Shown: positions 35,958 through 47,736, numbered from the stretch's first letter. The stretch is DNA of 64,000 bases from an uncultured Planctomycetaceae bacterium (GCA_963813715.1 CAWFAK010000009.1:695613-759612); one strand, 5' to 3'. The notes: a model not told the origin generated them from the sequence alone. Numbers and translations: made by a program.

Positions 35958-37445
35958 TCACTCCGACAAATCCTGCGTCTGCGGCTCCGGCAGGAACGAG
36001 CAGGCGATCGAGCCGACGACGTAGACGAATAACGCGACGCCGGCCGCCGTGAAGGCGAAGTGGGCCGCGTCGACGAGGGCGGCCTGCGGCGGCGCCAGGT
36101 CCGCCGCCTTCGGCAAGTTCGTGGCGATCGTGCTCGTCACCAGGGCGAAGAACGTCCCGATCATGCGGCCACCGATGTTCGCGGCAAAGCTCTCGCCCGT
36201 GCCGCGGAGGTGCACCGGGTAAACGTAGGGGAGATAGTTGCCCCAGAAGCTGAACTGGGCGACGGTGAACAGCCCGCAGAAGAAGATGCCGATTTGCGCC
36301 CAGGACAGGTGCATTGAGCCGACCGTCAACACCACACGGTTGTCGAATGCCCCCAGCGCAAAGAAGAAGGCGGGCATCACCAACAGGCCCGGCAGCTGGA
36401 ACACTCGCAACAGCCCGCGGCGGCTGACGATCTGCACGGCCAGCATGGCCAGCAGGAAGCGGCCCACCAGTCCGCCGATCTCTTGAACCTCGGCGTACTC
36501 GGCGGCAGCGGTCTGATCGATCTGCTTGAGCGCCTTCGGCTGCGCGCCGTTCTTGATCGCTTCGGCTTTCTCAGCCTTCACCTCGGTCAGCCGGGGGACG
36601 ATTTGCGGCATTTGCTGGATGGCGCCGAACGCCGCGCCGAAACTGCAGGCAAACATCAACGTGCTGACGATGGTCGTCCTGCGGAACGCCGGTGCGAAGA
36701 CTTCGAAAATCGACGGCCGGCGTAGCGTTCCGGCCTTCCGTTTCTCCTGCCACACCGGCGACTCGGGCAGGAACGGCCGGATCAAGATCAGCGGGATCGC
36801 CGGTATCAGGCCGGACAAAAGCGTGTAGCGCCAGGCGACGTGAGGATCGCTGATCGTGCCGAACATCGAGTTGAGGGCCGACGGAATTTGCAGCCCCGGC
36901 AGCTTCCCCGAATAGTGGATGGCGAACCAGTTAGCCCCGGCGACCAGCAAGCCGCCGATCGAGGAAAAGGCCTGCGTGTAGCCCAAGGCCCGTTCGCGCT
37001 GGTCGCGATCTGAAAACAGCTCGGCGATCCAAGCGATGGCCGCCACGAACTCAACGCACACGCCCACGAACGTGAAACACCGCAACACCAGCAGCATCGG
37101 CAGCGACGTCGCATAGCCTGAGGCGAACGTGGAAACTGCGTAAAGCAAAATGCTCCACGTGAGAATGCGGCGGCGACCCAACCGGTCGGTCAACCAGCCT
37201 CCCAGTAAGCCGAAGATGCCGCCGAAGATGGCCGGCACATAGAACAACAGGCCCACCCAGTAACCGAACTGCGGAGTCCCGGGCTTGATGCCGCCCAGAT
37301 CGTCGAGCGCCGGCCGCACGATCAAGGGGAGCATCAATAGCGAATAGGTGTCGAACGCGAAGCCGATCGACGAGATGATGCAGATCAGCCATTTGACGAA
37401 GGTGAACGGAGGTTTTCCGGAAGCAGAGACATTCGCCGTGGTCAT
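35958..37445 (-). CDS. MFS transporter
   Basis: GWLTDRLGRR (motif A), AWIAELF, YPVHLRGTG; many TM segments. Confidence 0.9.
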   Translation of the reverse strand: MTTANVSASGKPPFTFVKWLICIISSIGFAFDTYSLLMLPLIVRPALDDLGGIKPGTPQFGYWVGLLFYVPAIFGGIFGLLGGWLTDRLGRRRILTWSILLYAVSTFASGYATSLPMLLVLRCFTFVGVCVEFVAAIAWIAELFSDRDQRERALGYTQAFSSIGGLLVAGANWFAIHYSGKLPGLQIPSALNSMFGTISDPHVAWRYTLLSGLIPAIPLILIRPFLPESPVWQEKRKAGTLRRPSIFEVFAPAFRRTTIVSTLMFACSFGAAFGAIQQMPQIVPRLTEVKAEKAEAIKNGAQPKALKQIDQTAAAEYAEVQEIGGLVGRFLLAMLAVQIVSRRGLLRVFQLPGLLVMPAFFFALGAFDNRVVLTVGSMHLSWAQIGIFFCGLFTVAQFSFWGNYLPYVYPVHLRGTGESFAANIGGRMIGTFFALVTSTIATNLPKAADLAPPQAALVDAAHFAFTAAGVALFVYVVGSIACSFLPEPQTQDLSE

Positions 37446-37744
37446 CAAGTCACCGGGGACAGGCCGTGTTGGAACTGAAACGTGCTGGAGTGGAAGCCGG
37501 GCGGAAAGTCGCGGCGCTCGACCAGCAAAGTTCGGCCCCGATTCTAAAGAACGGTCCCGCGTTGTGCGACGCAGCGGGCGCTAAAATGGGCCGCCGCGCA
37601 CGTCATTGCGAATTGCTGGTGATTTGCACAGGCTCCGCGCCGCGGTTACTTTCGGAGATCGATCGCGGTGCCCCGACCTCCGGTGGGCGGCATGTTAATC
37701 TTTTGCCACTGACGGCTCGCCGCGGCCGGGCCACAAGGTGTTTG

Positions 37745-39319
37745 ATGCACGGCTTCGACGCGACCGTCTCCCCGGCTGCTGACAATTTTTCCGGCCCGTG
37801 GTATCGGGCCATGAACCGCTATCACTGGTTCGTGCTGGCCGTCGCCGCCATGGGCTGGCTCTTTGACACGATGGACCAGCAGCTGTTCGTGCTCGCGCGG
37901 CCGGCGGCGATGGAAGACCTGCTGCCCATACCAGCCGGCGCCGACGCGAAGACCGCCGACGGCATCCGCGCCACGCGGGCCACGGCCAGCGGCAACGCCA
38001 CCACCATCTTCATGACTGGCTGGGCGACCGGCGGCCTGGTGTTCGGCGTGCTGGGCGATCGCATCGGCCGCGCCCGTACGATGATCATCACGATCCTGCT
38101 CTACTCGCTTTTCACCGGGCTTAGCTCGCTCTCGCAGGGAGTCTGGGACTTCGCGTTCTACCGGTTCCTCACCGGCCTCGGCGTGGGCGGCGAATTTGCC
38201 GTCGGGGTGGCGCTCGTGGCCGAAGTCATGCCGTCGATTGCCCGCCCGTATGCGCTGGCGCTGTTGCAGGCGCTCTCAGGCATCGGCAACGTGACGGCCG
38301 CCTTGATCTTTCTGGGGCTGGGCTTCGCGCAAGAGCACGGCTGGATCGCGCGGGCCCTGGGGACCGGAGCGGTCGCCGTCCCCTGGCGGATCATGTTCCT
38401 GGTCGGCGCCATCCCCGCGGTCGTGGCCATCTTGATCATGCGACGACTGAAAGAGCCCGAGGCCTGGCAACGCGTCAGCCACGACGGCACGATGACGGCG
38501 CAGCTCGGCTCGTATCGCTCGCTCTTCCGCGAGCCCGTGCTGCGGAGCCGCGCGCTCTTTGGTTTGATGCTGGGCTTTGCCGGCGTCGTCGGCCTGTGGT
38601 CGGTCGGCTTTTACACCTTCGACCTGATTCGCTTCGTGCAGCGGAAGCCGGTCACCGAGTTGGTCTATCGCGAACAGCGAGAAGTCGCGGAGCGAGCCGG
38701 CGACCGGGCCCGCAAGGCCCAGCTCGAGACGCTGACGGCCGAGGCGGGCAAAGCGTCGGCGGCGTCATCTGCCGCCTTGCCGCCCGACCTCAAGCAACTC
38801 AAGACCGATCTCGACGCGTCGGTCAGCGGACGGCTGGCGCGGTGGAGCGCCTACACGTCGATCGCCATGAATCTCGGCGCGGCGCTGGGCATGTTCGGCT
38901 TCGGTGCGCTCGCCCAACGCATCGGCCGCCGGCCGACTTTCGCGCTGGCGTTTCTGGCGGCGTTTGCCAGCACGCTGGCCGTCTTCTGGTTCTTGCAGGA
39001 CTTTTGGCAGATCTGGTTGATGGTGCCGGTGATGGGATTCTGCCAGCTCTCGCTGTTTGCCGGCTATGCCATTTATTTCCCCGAGCTATTTCCGACGCGG
39101 CTGCGCTCGACGGGCACGAGCTTCTGCTACAACGTGGGCCGGTTCGTGGCAGCCGCCGGTCCGTCGGCACTCGGCTTGTTGCGAAGCCGGGCCTTCTACG
39201 GCTTCGGCGAGCCACTCGACATGCGCTACGCCGGCATGACGATGTGCACCGTCTTTCTGCTGGGACTCTTTGCGCTTCCGTTCCTGCCGGAGACCAAGGG
39301 ACAGCCGCTGCCCGAATAA
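37745..39319 (+). CDS. MFS transporter
   Basis: GVLGDRIGRAR, RFLTGLGVGGEF, PELFPTRLRSTG, LPETKG. Confidence 0.92.
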   Translation: MHGFDATVSPAADNFSGPWYRAMNRYHWFVLAVAAMGWLFDTMDQQLFVLARPAAMEDLLPIPAGADAKTADGIRATRATASGNATTIFMTGWATGGLVFGVLGDRIGRARTMIITILLYSLFTGLSSLSQGVWDFAFYRFLTGLGVGGEFAVGVALVAEVMPSIARPYALALLQALSGIGNVTAALIFLGLGFAQEHGWIARALGTGAVAVPWRIMFLVGAIPAVVAILIMRRLKEPEAWQRVSHDGTMTAQLGSYRSLFREPVLRSRALFGLMLGFAGVVGLWSVGFYTFDLIRFVQRKPVTELVYREQREVAERAGDRARKAQLETLTAEAGKASAASSAALPPDLKQLKTDLDASVSGRLARWSAYTSIAMNLGAALGMFGFGALAQRIGRRPTFALAFLAAFASTLAVFWFLQDFWQIWLMVPVMGFCQLSLFAGYAIYFPELFPTRLRSTGTSFCYNVGRFVAAAGPSALGLLRSRAFYGFGEPLDMRYAGMTMCTVFLLGLFALPFLPETKGQPLPE

Positions 39320-39335
39320 ATGTGGTGTGCTTCGG

Positions 39336-39418
39336 GTGGCACTGGCGGCTAGTCCGCCAGTGTCTTAAGTCGCTCGCAGTTGGATGACGGACACTGGCGG
39401 ACAAGCCGCCAGTGCCAC
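39336..39418. repeat. REP-like inverted pair (GTGGCACTGGCGGCTAGTCCGCCAGTGTC ... GACACTGGCGGACAAGCCGCCAGTGCCAC)
   Basis: 29-bp near-perfect inverted repeat, each arm itself palindromic. Confidence 0.8.
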
Positions 39419-39445
39419 GCACGGCTGAAAACAACGCAGGCTTCG

Positions 39446-40936
39446 ATGAAAGACAGCGTGTGGCGTCCGCAGCTCAAAACCGGCTCGCGCTGGTTCATCC
39501 TCGTCTCTGCGCTCGTCGCAGTGCTCGTCTGCACCGGATCCGGAACGTACCAGCCGGGAGCGCTCCCCATTGACGAGCCTCTCGGCGCGCGGATCCCCGT
39601 CGGCTTCGTCGTGCCGTTTGTCTTGTTGCTGTTGTCGATCGCCGTTTTGCCGCTCGTGGCCCACGACTGGTGGAAGGACGATGGCAACAAGGCGAAGGTG
39701 GCTGCCTTCTTCTCGCTGCCGGTGATTGTGCTGTTCATCTTTCACTTCGGCGACAGCGGCAGCCATGCGCTCGTGCATCAGGGGATGGAGTACGCGTCGT
39801 TCATCATCCTGCTGGCCGCGCTCTACGTGATCTCCGGCGGCATCCTCATCGAGGGGAATTTTCGCGGCACACCCGGCTCGAACACGCTGCTGTTGGCGGT
39901 GGGTGCCGTGCTGGCCAACCTGATCGGCACGACCGGCGCGTCGCTCGTGTTGATTCGGCCGTTGATTCGTGGCAATCTCCGCCGCTCGAACGTCGTGCAC
40001 GTGCCTGTCTTCTTTATCTTCATCGTGGCCAACTGCGGCGGGCTGTTGACGCCGCTGGGCGATCCGCCGCTGTTCCTCGGCTTCCTCAAAGGCGTGCCGT
40101 TCGAGTGGACGCTCAAGCTGTTTCCGCAATGGCTTTTGGTCAACGGCGTGTTGCTCGCGTTGTTTGTCGTGTGGGACGTCCTCGCTTGGCGCCGCGAAGG
40201 CCGGTCCGCGATGAATCTGGCAGCAGAGACGCTGCCCGAAAGGAGTCCGTCGGCAGACGCCGCGCCCGAGCGCTTCGGGCTGCGGGGCGTGCACAACGTG
40301 ATTTTTCTGGCGGCGGTGATCGGCCTGTTGTTCGCGGCGGGCCGCGGCTACGGGCACTCGGGCGACCCCTGGCCGTTCGGGTTCCAGGAACTGGGGCTGG
40401 TGGCCCTCGCGCTCGGCTCGTACTTCTCCACGCGTCCGGACATCCGCGAAAAAAACCACGTGACGTTCGGCCCGATCATCGAAGTGGCCGTGCTCTTCGC
40501 CGGCATTTTCATCACCATCACGCCGGCTGTCCTGCTGCTCGACGAGCACGGCAGCCAGCTCGGCCTGAGCGCACCCTGGCACTACTTCTGGGCGTCGGGC
40601 CTGATGTCGAGCGTGCTCGACAACGCGCCCGCGTATCTGACGGCGACGGCCGCCGCCTGCGGAGCCCAACAGCTCCCCGTCGATGGGCGTTACCTCGCGG
40701 CCTTCCTGGAGTTGCGCGGTGACCACGCCGCCGAACAAATCCTGTCCGCCATCTCCTGCGGCTGCGTTTTCATGGGGGCGCTGACCTACCTGGGCAATGC
40801 GCCCAACTTCATGGTGCGGGCCTACGCGGAGGAATCGAAGATCCGCATGCCGAGCTTTTTCGGATTTATGCTCTATTCGTTTGCGATACTGCTTCCGCTC
40901 TATGGAGTTGTGACGTTTGTCTTCTTCCGGGGCTGA
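39446..40936 (+). CDS. Sodium:proton antiporter / ion-transporter (IT) superfamily
   Basis: IGTTGAS, ANCGGLLTPLGDPPLFLG, SSVLDNAP, GALTYLGNAPNFMV. Confidence 0.85.
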   Translation: MKDSVWRPQLKTGSRWFILVSALVAVLVCTGSGTYQPGALPIDEPLGARIPVGFVVPFVLLLLSIAVLPLVAHDWWKDDGNKAKVAAFFSLPVIVLFIFHFGDSGSHALVHQGMEYASFIILLAALYVISGGILIEGNFRGTPGSNTLLLAVGAVLANLIGTTGASLVLIRPLIRGNLRRSNVVHVPVFFIFIVANCGGLLTPLGDPPLFLGFLKGVPFEWTLKLFPQWLLVNGVLLALFVVWDVLAWRREGRSAMNLAAETLPERSPSADAAPERFGLRGVHNVIFLAAVIGLLFAAGRGYGHSGDPWPFGFQELGLVALALGSYFSTRPDIREKNHVTFGPIIEVAVLFAGIFITITPAVLLLDEHGSQLGLSAPWHYFWASGLMSSVLDNAPAYLTATAAACGAQQLPVDGRYLAAFLELRGDHAAEQILSAISCGCVFMGALTYLGNAPNFMVRAYAEESKIRMPSFFGFMLYSFAILLPLYGVVTFVFFRG

Positions 40937-41056
40937 TTGTTTCGATTTTGACACGCTTTCGAGCGGTGACGGTCGCGCTTAAAATAACCTGATGCCGCGC
41001 GTGTCGTCCCGGGGGCGTCCCCTCCTCGCGAGGCAATTCCCTCACTCACTGAAAAG

Positions 41057-42118
41057 ATGCCAGAACTCACCACCGCTCTGACTTTGCAGTCGGAGCGTTT
41101 ACTCAAAATTCTCGCCCCGTATTCCGCTCTCCGGATCGTGACGCACGACAACCCCGACCCCGACGCTATTGCCGCGGGCTGGGGACTCTACCGATTGTTT
41201 GCCGAGCACTTCGACAAGCCGATCGAGTTCGTGGCCGGCGGCGCCATCGTGCGGGCGGAAAATCGCCACTTGGTCGAGTTGCTCGATCCGCCGCTGCAGA
41301 TCGTCAACGGCCTCACCGAAGATCCCGACACGGCGATCGTGCTCGTCGACTGCGGGTTGGGGACGAGCAATCACCTGGCCACGCGAGAACGCCTGCACCC
41401 GGTCGCCGTCATCGACCATCACTCGATCGGCCGCGCGCCGGTCGACGTCGAGTTCGCCGACATTCGCCCCTCGGTCGCCGCGACGGCTACCATCGCCGCC
41501 AGCTACCTCCGCGAGCAGGGGATCGAGCCCGGCGTGAAGCTGGCCTCGGCCATGCTCTACGCGATGCGCACCGAAACCTGCGGCTGCGAAACCGAACATT
41601 CGGAGCTCGATCGCTCGATCATGTGCTGGCTCACCGAACATGCCGAGCCCGGGCTGATCGCGGAAATCGAAAACGCGCCGCTGGCCCGCGGCTATTTCAG
41701 CGACCTGGTCCTCGCGCTTCAGGGGACGCAGCTCTTCGACGACACGGCACTCTGCCTGCTCCCCAAGGCGAGCGGCCCGGAGACCGTGGGCGAAGTGGCC
41801 GACCTGTTGATTCGCTGCGAAGGGGTCAGCCGCGTGCTGTGTGCCGGGGCCATCGAGGACGACTTGTACGTCTCGGTCCGCACGCGTCGCGACGACGAGC
41901 GGGCGGTCGAATTGCTACAACGCACGCTCGACGGCATCGGCGGGGGCGGCGGTCACGCGCATCGCGCCGGCGGCAAAGTCGTCGGCATCACCTGCGGCGG
42001 CCGCATCTCCGACGGGCTCGAGCACCGACTCCAGGATCGTTGGCTGGCGGCCTGCGGCGAAGAGACCCGCCGCCCCAAACGACTGGTGGGCCTGCGCGAA
42101 ATCGTAGAGAATTTGTAA
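41057..42118 (+). CDS. DHH/DHHA1 phosphoesterase (NrnA-like)
   Basis: HDNPDPDA, VLVD, VIDHH, GGGGGHAHRAGG. Confidence 0.88.
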   Translation: MPELTTALTLQSERLLKILAPYSALRIVTHDNPDPDAIAAGWGLYRLFAEHFDKPIEFVAGGAIVRAENRHLVELLDPPLQIVNGLTEDPDTAIVLVDCGLGTSNHLATRERLHPVAVIDHHSIGRAPVDVEFADIRPSVAATATIAASYLREQGIEPGVKLASAMLYAMRTETCGCETEHSELDRSIMCWLTEHAEPGLIAEIENAPLARGYFSDLVLALQGTQLFDDTALCLLPKASGPETVGEVADLLIRCEGVSRVLCAGAIEDDLYVSVRTRRDDERAVELLQRTLDGIGGGGGHAHRAGGKVVGITCGGRISDGLEHRLQDRWLAACGEETRRPKRLVGLREIVENL

Positions 42119-42156
42119 GAGCGAGTCCGGAATACGAATCGGGAACGCGGAATCCG

Positions 42157-42249
42157 CCCTCGCCGACGCTTCGGGTTAGTCAGTCGGTCGCAACCCACCC
42201 GAAGCGCGAGCGGGTGTTCGATTTCACCAACCCGAAGCGGCAGCGAGGG
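42157..42249. repeat. REP family A cluster (three uninterrupted arms)
   Basis: CCCTCGC-CGAC-GCTTCGGGTTAGT, ACCCACCCGAAGC-GCGA-GCGGG, ACCAACCCGAAGC-GGCA-GCGAGGG. Confidence 0.8.
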
Positions 42250-42310
42250 ATCTCTGACCTTCGCCCCGGCGTCCCACGAATCCGATTAGCGCGCGCCAGG
42301 AGAATCGGCC

Positions 42311-43703
42311 ATGGCTTCCCTGCTTCGACAGCGGCTCGCCCGCCCGACTGCTCTGCTGATCGCTCCGCTCGTCGCGCTCGTGCTGGCTGGCTGCGAGGGG
42401 GACACCGGCATACCGCCGGCACAACCTGCCGCGCAGCCGGCACAGGCCGCGGCGCCGGATCCCAACGCGAACGATCCGCCAGCCGCGCCGCAGGCCCCCG
42501 CACAGCCGGCCGCTCATCCCCCGGTCGTTGCCGCGGAGCCCGAGCCGGATCCCCCCAGCCTCGATCCGAACGTCGATCGGCACGACGTCTTCGTGGTCAC
42601 GTCGAGCCTGCCGACCTTCGAGCACACGCCGGACGAAGACGGCACTCCCAAATCGGCCCACACGGCCCTCGCCACGCCGCCGCCCCAGGGGTGGGATTCC
42701 CAGAGCTTCGAGGCGGTCGAAGTGCCCGACCCGCCGCAGCCGGCGGCCGCGAGCAGCACGTCGGGCACCGACACGCCCTCGACCGACGACACACAAACAA
42801 CCAAGAAGCCCGAAAAGAAGGCAACTCCCGGCAAGAAGAGTTCGTCGACCCCGTCGAGCACAGCGAAGTCGAGCACGGCGAAAACTCGCGACGCCGACCA
42901 GCCCGAGGAGAGCGCGACCAAGACGCTGCCCTCCGGATTCACGCCCATCGCCGCTTTCGGCTACGCCCCCGTCGGCTGGCCGTTGCGGATTCGCTGCGAC
43001 AAGGACGGAGCCGAAATGGCCTTCATCACCGGCGGCGCGGCCACCGTGGGACACGACGGCGAGCCGGAAGAGTCGAGCCCGCAGATCACGGTCGTCGTCG
43101 ATTCGTTTTATATGGACATCACCGAGACCACGCTCGCCCGCTATCGAGCGCTATCGCAAGTCATTCAACGAAGAACGCGGTCGCAACGCGGCCCCGATTC
43201 CGGCCAACTCCACTTCGCCCCCCAGCTTTCCCGCTCTGGGCCTGACCTACAAGCAGGCCGAGTTCTATTCCAAGTGGGCGCAGAAGGCCCTGCCGACAGA
43301 AGCCGAATGGGAACGCGCGGCCCGCGGCGAGGGGGCCTTCCCGCACCCGTGGGGCAACGGCCGGGCCATCTGGTCGCAACACCGCAAACGCGACACCATC
43401 ACCGCCGTGAAATCATTCGGCACCGACGTTAGCCCGTTCGGCATCTACGACCTGGCCGGCAACGCCCGCGAGTGGTGCCTCGACCACTGGTCCCCCACGG
43501 CCTTCACCGCCGCCCACAAAGCGTCGGCCCGCAACCAGCTCCGCAACTGGAAGGGCCCGCGAACGGCCGACCCGGTGAACTTTCACGTCGTCAAAGGCAA
43601 CGGCCCCGGCTGGGACGCCTGGTATCGCGAAGGCATGGACGCGACTCTGCATCACCCCAACGTCGGCTTCCGCTGCGTGCTGCGGCTCAGCGACAAGAAC
43701 TAA
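42311..43703 (+). CDS. Lipoprotein with FGE-sulfatase (SUMF1) domain; frameshift near 43150
   Basis: Lipobox LAGC; FYMDITE; LPTEAEWERAARG, PWG, GIYDLAGNAREWC, VGFRC. Confidence 0.85.
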
Positions 43704-43817
43704 CACAGAGAAGAACTAACGTAGGACAGCTGCCAGCTTGCCCTGTGTTCGACGTTTCTTATGCTTCGGCATCGGGGACCGGAGGTCGGCGGGCACGTCG
43801 ACATGCGCGGAGCATCT

Positions 43818-44778
43818 ATGCGAACCGGAGTTGCGCGCCGCTGTCTCCCCTGCCGCTTGTGCAAGGGTGCCAGGTTACTCGCTGCCTCGCTCGCCCTGTG
43901 CGTCGCCGGTTCTGCGTCCGCCGTTGGGCAACCGCCGGACGCCTCTCCTGAGTCGACGATCGAACCGGAGCGCTCGAGGAACGCGCACGACGAGCCCAGC
44001 TTTTTTGTCCTTCCGATTCGCACTGAATTGCAGCGCAGACTCATCGCGAACGGCAAACCGGTCAACGCGCTGATCGAGTTGAACGGCTTCATCACGATGG
44101 GCAAGAAGGGTGTCGAACGCATGCGGGCGCTCGACATTTTGGCGGTGCGCAGGGCGCTTGCCGCGATCAAGACCCGTGATCCGGACGCGTCGGTTGTCTT
44201 TATGATCGGATTTCTGGGGGAGACGCTTCCCGGCATGCAGGAGCTCCTTTCGAGGGAGCACGAGTTGCTCACGAAAGAATGCCGCGACCTGGCAAAGGAG
44301 GCGAAGCTACGCGTCACGGAGATTAGCGGAGCGTGGAATGGCACTCCCGCTATCTGGCCGAAGGTCGCTGCCGCCGCCCAAGCCATCGACGTGTCGAAGG
44401 AGACCGACCGGGAGGAAGCAGCCACAGACGCGGAGGTTCTGCGCCTACCCCGTCCGCACAAAGGTCAGCGAGCTGTTGACCAGCTGGTTCCAAGGTAGCA
44501 CGGGAAAAGGGTCCAACTGCGTCGTTTATTTCAGCCGACCAATCGACCCCACTCAGGATCCCCTGATCGGCAGAGCGCTCGAGGCGCGGACCGCAGAGGT
44601 CATCAAGCGGCTCAATCTGTCGCGCAAGGAGAGAATCGATTACCACCTGGTTGTCAGAGCCTCCAGCCATGCCGCCTGGCAGCGGAACCATGATGCCATT
44701 CATAACCGCTTCCTCGGCAAAGAAGCCATCGCCCTCACCCAACGGCTGGGATTCAAAGACAATTCAGTAACGTGGTAG
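43818..44778 (+). CDS. Hypothetical secreted protein; frameshift near 44440
   Basis: ORFs 43761-44498 and 44338-44778 join; signal-like N-terminus. Confidence 0.5.
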
Positions 44779-44823
44779 ATGCTGGGGCGGAACGAGAAGA
44801 CCTCGTCGCGCCCTAAGCGAGAC

Positions 44824-45394
44824 TCAGGCGGCGATTCGCTGCGCTTGGCGGAGCAGGTCGTACACTTCCTTGACGTTCGCGATCCGTTCGAACGTGGGAA
44901 CGGTTCTTGATCCCCGGCCAGCCGGCACTTTGAAACGACCAGGGAAAGAACGAACCGTGCCCGAACGTGATCGTGCCGCTGCCGTCGGGGCGCTCGGTCA
45001 TGGACACGTCGCTCAGCGTGCGCAGATTGAGTGATTTCACAGTGCGACGAACGATGCCGGAAACAATTAACACCCGCTCGTTCGTAAGTCCGTAAAACGT
45101 GTGCTCGCGTTCCTTGATGTCGTAGACGAACCGGCCGAACACGATATACAGCCCCATCAGCACGAAGGGAATTCCAAAGAGCACGAAGAGAGGATCCGCA
45201 ATCTGGGTAATGGCCGCGCATTCCCAAAAGATCGCAAAGCCGCACCACAGTAAACTGAATGGAATCAAAAACGCTTCGGCCGGTCGCAGCACCAATCCGG
45301 CCGGCGGTCGCCCGGCCCACAGGAGCTGCTCTTGCGGCCCGAGTTGGTCTTCGATCATTGGGGGTCTGTCCGACGTTTGCATATCCAAGCTCAC
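44824..45394 (-). CDS. Membrane protein with bacterial PH-like domain; frameshift near 44900
   Basis: EQLLWAGRP, two TMs, YGLTNERVLI, DGSGTITFG, FERIANVKEV. Confidence 0.75.
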
Positions 45395-45639
45395 ATTTCG
45401 CGATCTCGCCGCGCCCCGCTGCCCGCTCTGCTGCCTGCCGTGGCGAAGCGGCCAGTGTCAGACGAGCAAAACGCAGGCACGAGCCGCTTGGATCACATCA
45501 GCGCGCTTCGTCGTCTCTAGGTTGAGGCGTGCCAAACGGTTCGGTTACGCGCCACCTGTGCGAACGGACGCCGTTTTGAACCGAGTTTGCTGGAACTGCG
45601 TTACCTCAGGCGCTTGCCAAACTGCCTTGGAGGGACGCG

Positions 45640-46690
45640 TTGGTGACCGATGTGCTCAGTGAGCCGTGTGTGTTTCGGATTACACCCGAGCTACGCCGCA
45701 GTTCGTATTACCTGATTGCGGGCGCAGTCCTGTTGTCGGGTGTCGCCTGGTGGGTCGAAGCAACGGTGAAACTCCACGGAGGCGTTCATGTCGTCTCGAT
45801 CGTGTTCGCGGTGCTTGGCCTCGCGCCGATCTATCCGCTGACGTGGCGGCTCGAGCTCGACGGCGACGGGATCGAGCGGCACCGTTTGGGAATCGCGGAC
45901 TCGTGGCGCTGGGATGATTTTGCCAGCGGTCGCATCGAGAAACAGTACCGCTTTGTACTCCTCGATCCCGAGCGGCCCTGGTGGCGACGCCGGCTTGTCC
46001 TCGACTGCTTGGCGGATACCGATCGCCAACAGGTTCTTGGCGGCGATCAACCGCCACTACGTACTTAAGACCCCGCCCGAGCTTCCAGAGTCGTTGACGA
46101 TCAAGTTCCGTTTCCGAAGAACTGCGACGTTCGCCCGGCACGGGATTCAGATCGTCGAACGCCGCCATTCCTACGATTACCGCTGGGCCGACGTGCGCCA
46201 CCTACAGATCGCGCGAAACGATGCCCTGCGGCGTGACTTTGCCGAACTGAATCTCGTACTTCCGGACCGTGAAATCGAGCTGCGGATGGTCACTCACCAG
46301 GGCGGAACTTCGCCCACCTGGCGCGGGGCGTCGGCCGAAGAAATCAACGATTTTCTGATCGCGCACGCGCCGGAGGATCGCGTCAGCATCGACGTCGTCG
46401 GCGAGCGCCCCCATTCCGCAAAAGACGTTGAGCGCGAAGTCAAGCGCCTTCAGAGCGATCTGAAGCAATACGCGGTCTGCATGGCAATTTGCCTCTTGCT
46501 CACGGTCGGTGCGTTTGTCCCGCTGGCCATCGAGGGCCCGCTGATCCGAACGCTGGTCATGAGCGTGCCGTTCGGCGTGGTGCTTTTGGTGGCCGTGGTT
46601 ATCCGACGGCAACAGGTCAGCAAAATTCGCGAACTCGAGTTGTGGCGGTCCGAGCTTGAATCCGAACGGCTGAGCCCGAGAGCGCGTTAA
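45640..46690 (+). CDS. Hypothetical membrane protein; frameshift near 46040
   Basis: ORFs 45640-46068 and 45914-46690 join; TM pairs at both ends. Confidence 0.55.
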
Positions 46691-46713
46691 GACCTCGGGC
46701 CGACGCTTGAACG

Positions 46714-46917
46714 TCACAGCACGCAACACTCGACGACCAGCTCGAAGCTCTTGCCAATGCGGATGGCCGCGTGCAGGACGCGGCGCGGCGCCAAGATGAA
46801 TCCGTGTTCCGCGTCGGCGGCGACTTCCTCAGCGCGTGACAAGCCGGGGCGCTGTGAGTCTGCAGAGTCGGATCGGGGGATCACGGTTTCGGCGAGCGGT
46901 GGGGTGCAATTCAACAT
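46714..46917 (-). CDS. Small hypothetical protein (67 aa)
   Basis: ATG preceded by AAGGAAAGAGGAAGCC; no recognised motif. Confidence 0.3.
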   Translation of the reverse strand: MLNCTPPLAETVIPRSDSADSQRPGLSRAEEVAADAEHGFILAPRRVLHAAIRIGKSFELVVECCVL

Positions 46918-47059
46918 GGCTTCCTCTTTCCTTGCCCGGGCCGGCGCTTTTCGGCCAGCGTTTCTGTGGGAATTACTCCGGCGCTCGGTGTCGCGCTGTG
47001 ACCCGGATTCCGTCTGACTCGTCGTCAACTCTGACTCGGCCCGCAACGGTGACGACCGA

Positions 47060-47536
47060 TCAGCCGCCGGCGGCCGCTTGCTTTAGGCCGCGGATGTCGA
47101 GCTTTTTCATGCCCATCATGGCCTGCATCACGCGCTTCGCTTTCTGCGCGTCGGGGTCGCTCAAGAGTTGGCCGAGCACCGTTGGCGTGACCTGCCACGA
47201 CACGCCGAACTTGTCCTTCACCCAGCCGCACTGCACTTCCCCGCCGCCCGCCGTGAGCGCTTGCCAATAGCGGTCGACTTCTTCCTGCGTCTGGCAACTG
47301 ATGATGAACGAGATGGCCTCGTTGAATTTGAAGTGCGGCCCGCCGTTGAGGCCGAGGAACTTGCGGCCGTCGAGCTCAAACTCGATTGTCATCACCGAAC
47401 CGGACGGCCCGGGCGCCCCTTCGGGGTAGCGGGCCGTCTTCAAAATCTTCGAGTTCGGGAAGATCGACACGTAAAAATTCGCGGCCTCCTCGGCCCGGCC
47501 ATCGAACCAGAGGCAGGTGCTGATCTGCGTCGTCAC
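47060..47536 (-). CDS. VOC family, PhnB / 3-demethylubiquinone-9 3-methyltransferase-like
   Basis: CLWFDGRAEEAANFY, LNGGPHFKFNEAISF, CGWVKDKFGVSWQV. Confidence 0.92.
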   Translation of the reverse strand: MTTQISTCLWFDGRAEEAANFYVSIFPNSKILKTARYPEGAPGPSGSVMTIEFELDGRKFLGLNGGPHFKFNEAISFIISCQTQEEVDRYWQALTAGGGEVQCGWVKDKFGVSWQVTPTVLGQLLSDPDAQKAKRVMQAMMGMKKLDIRGLKQAAAGG

Positions 47537-47736
47537 GGCGTTTCCTCTTTCTTTTTTCGCGGTTTATTCGATTGAGGACCATCGAGCGAGTTTGCGTCCA
47601 CGTCAAATAGTCGCACGACAGGGCGCATTTTCGACAGCCCGCTGATCGGAAATGTTCGTCTCGCGCCGAGGGGGTCGCGCAAGTTTGCTTGCCGTCACGA
47701 GTTCCCGTCATGGCGGTTTCGCCGGATCGCGCGGGT

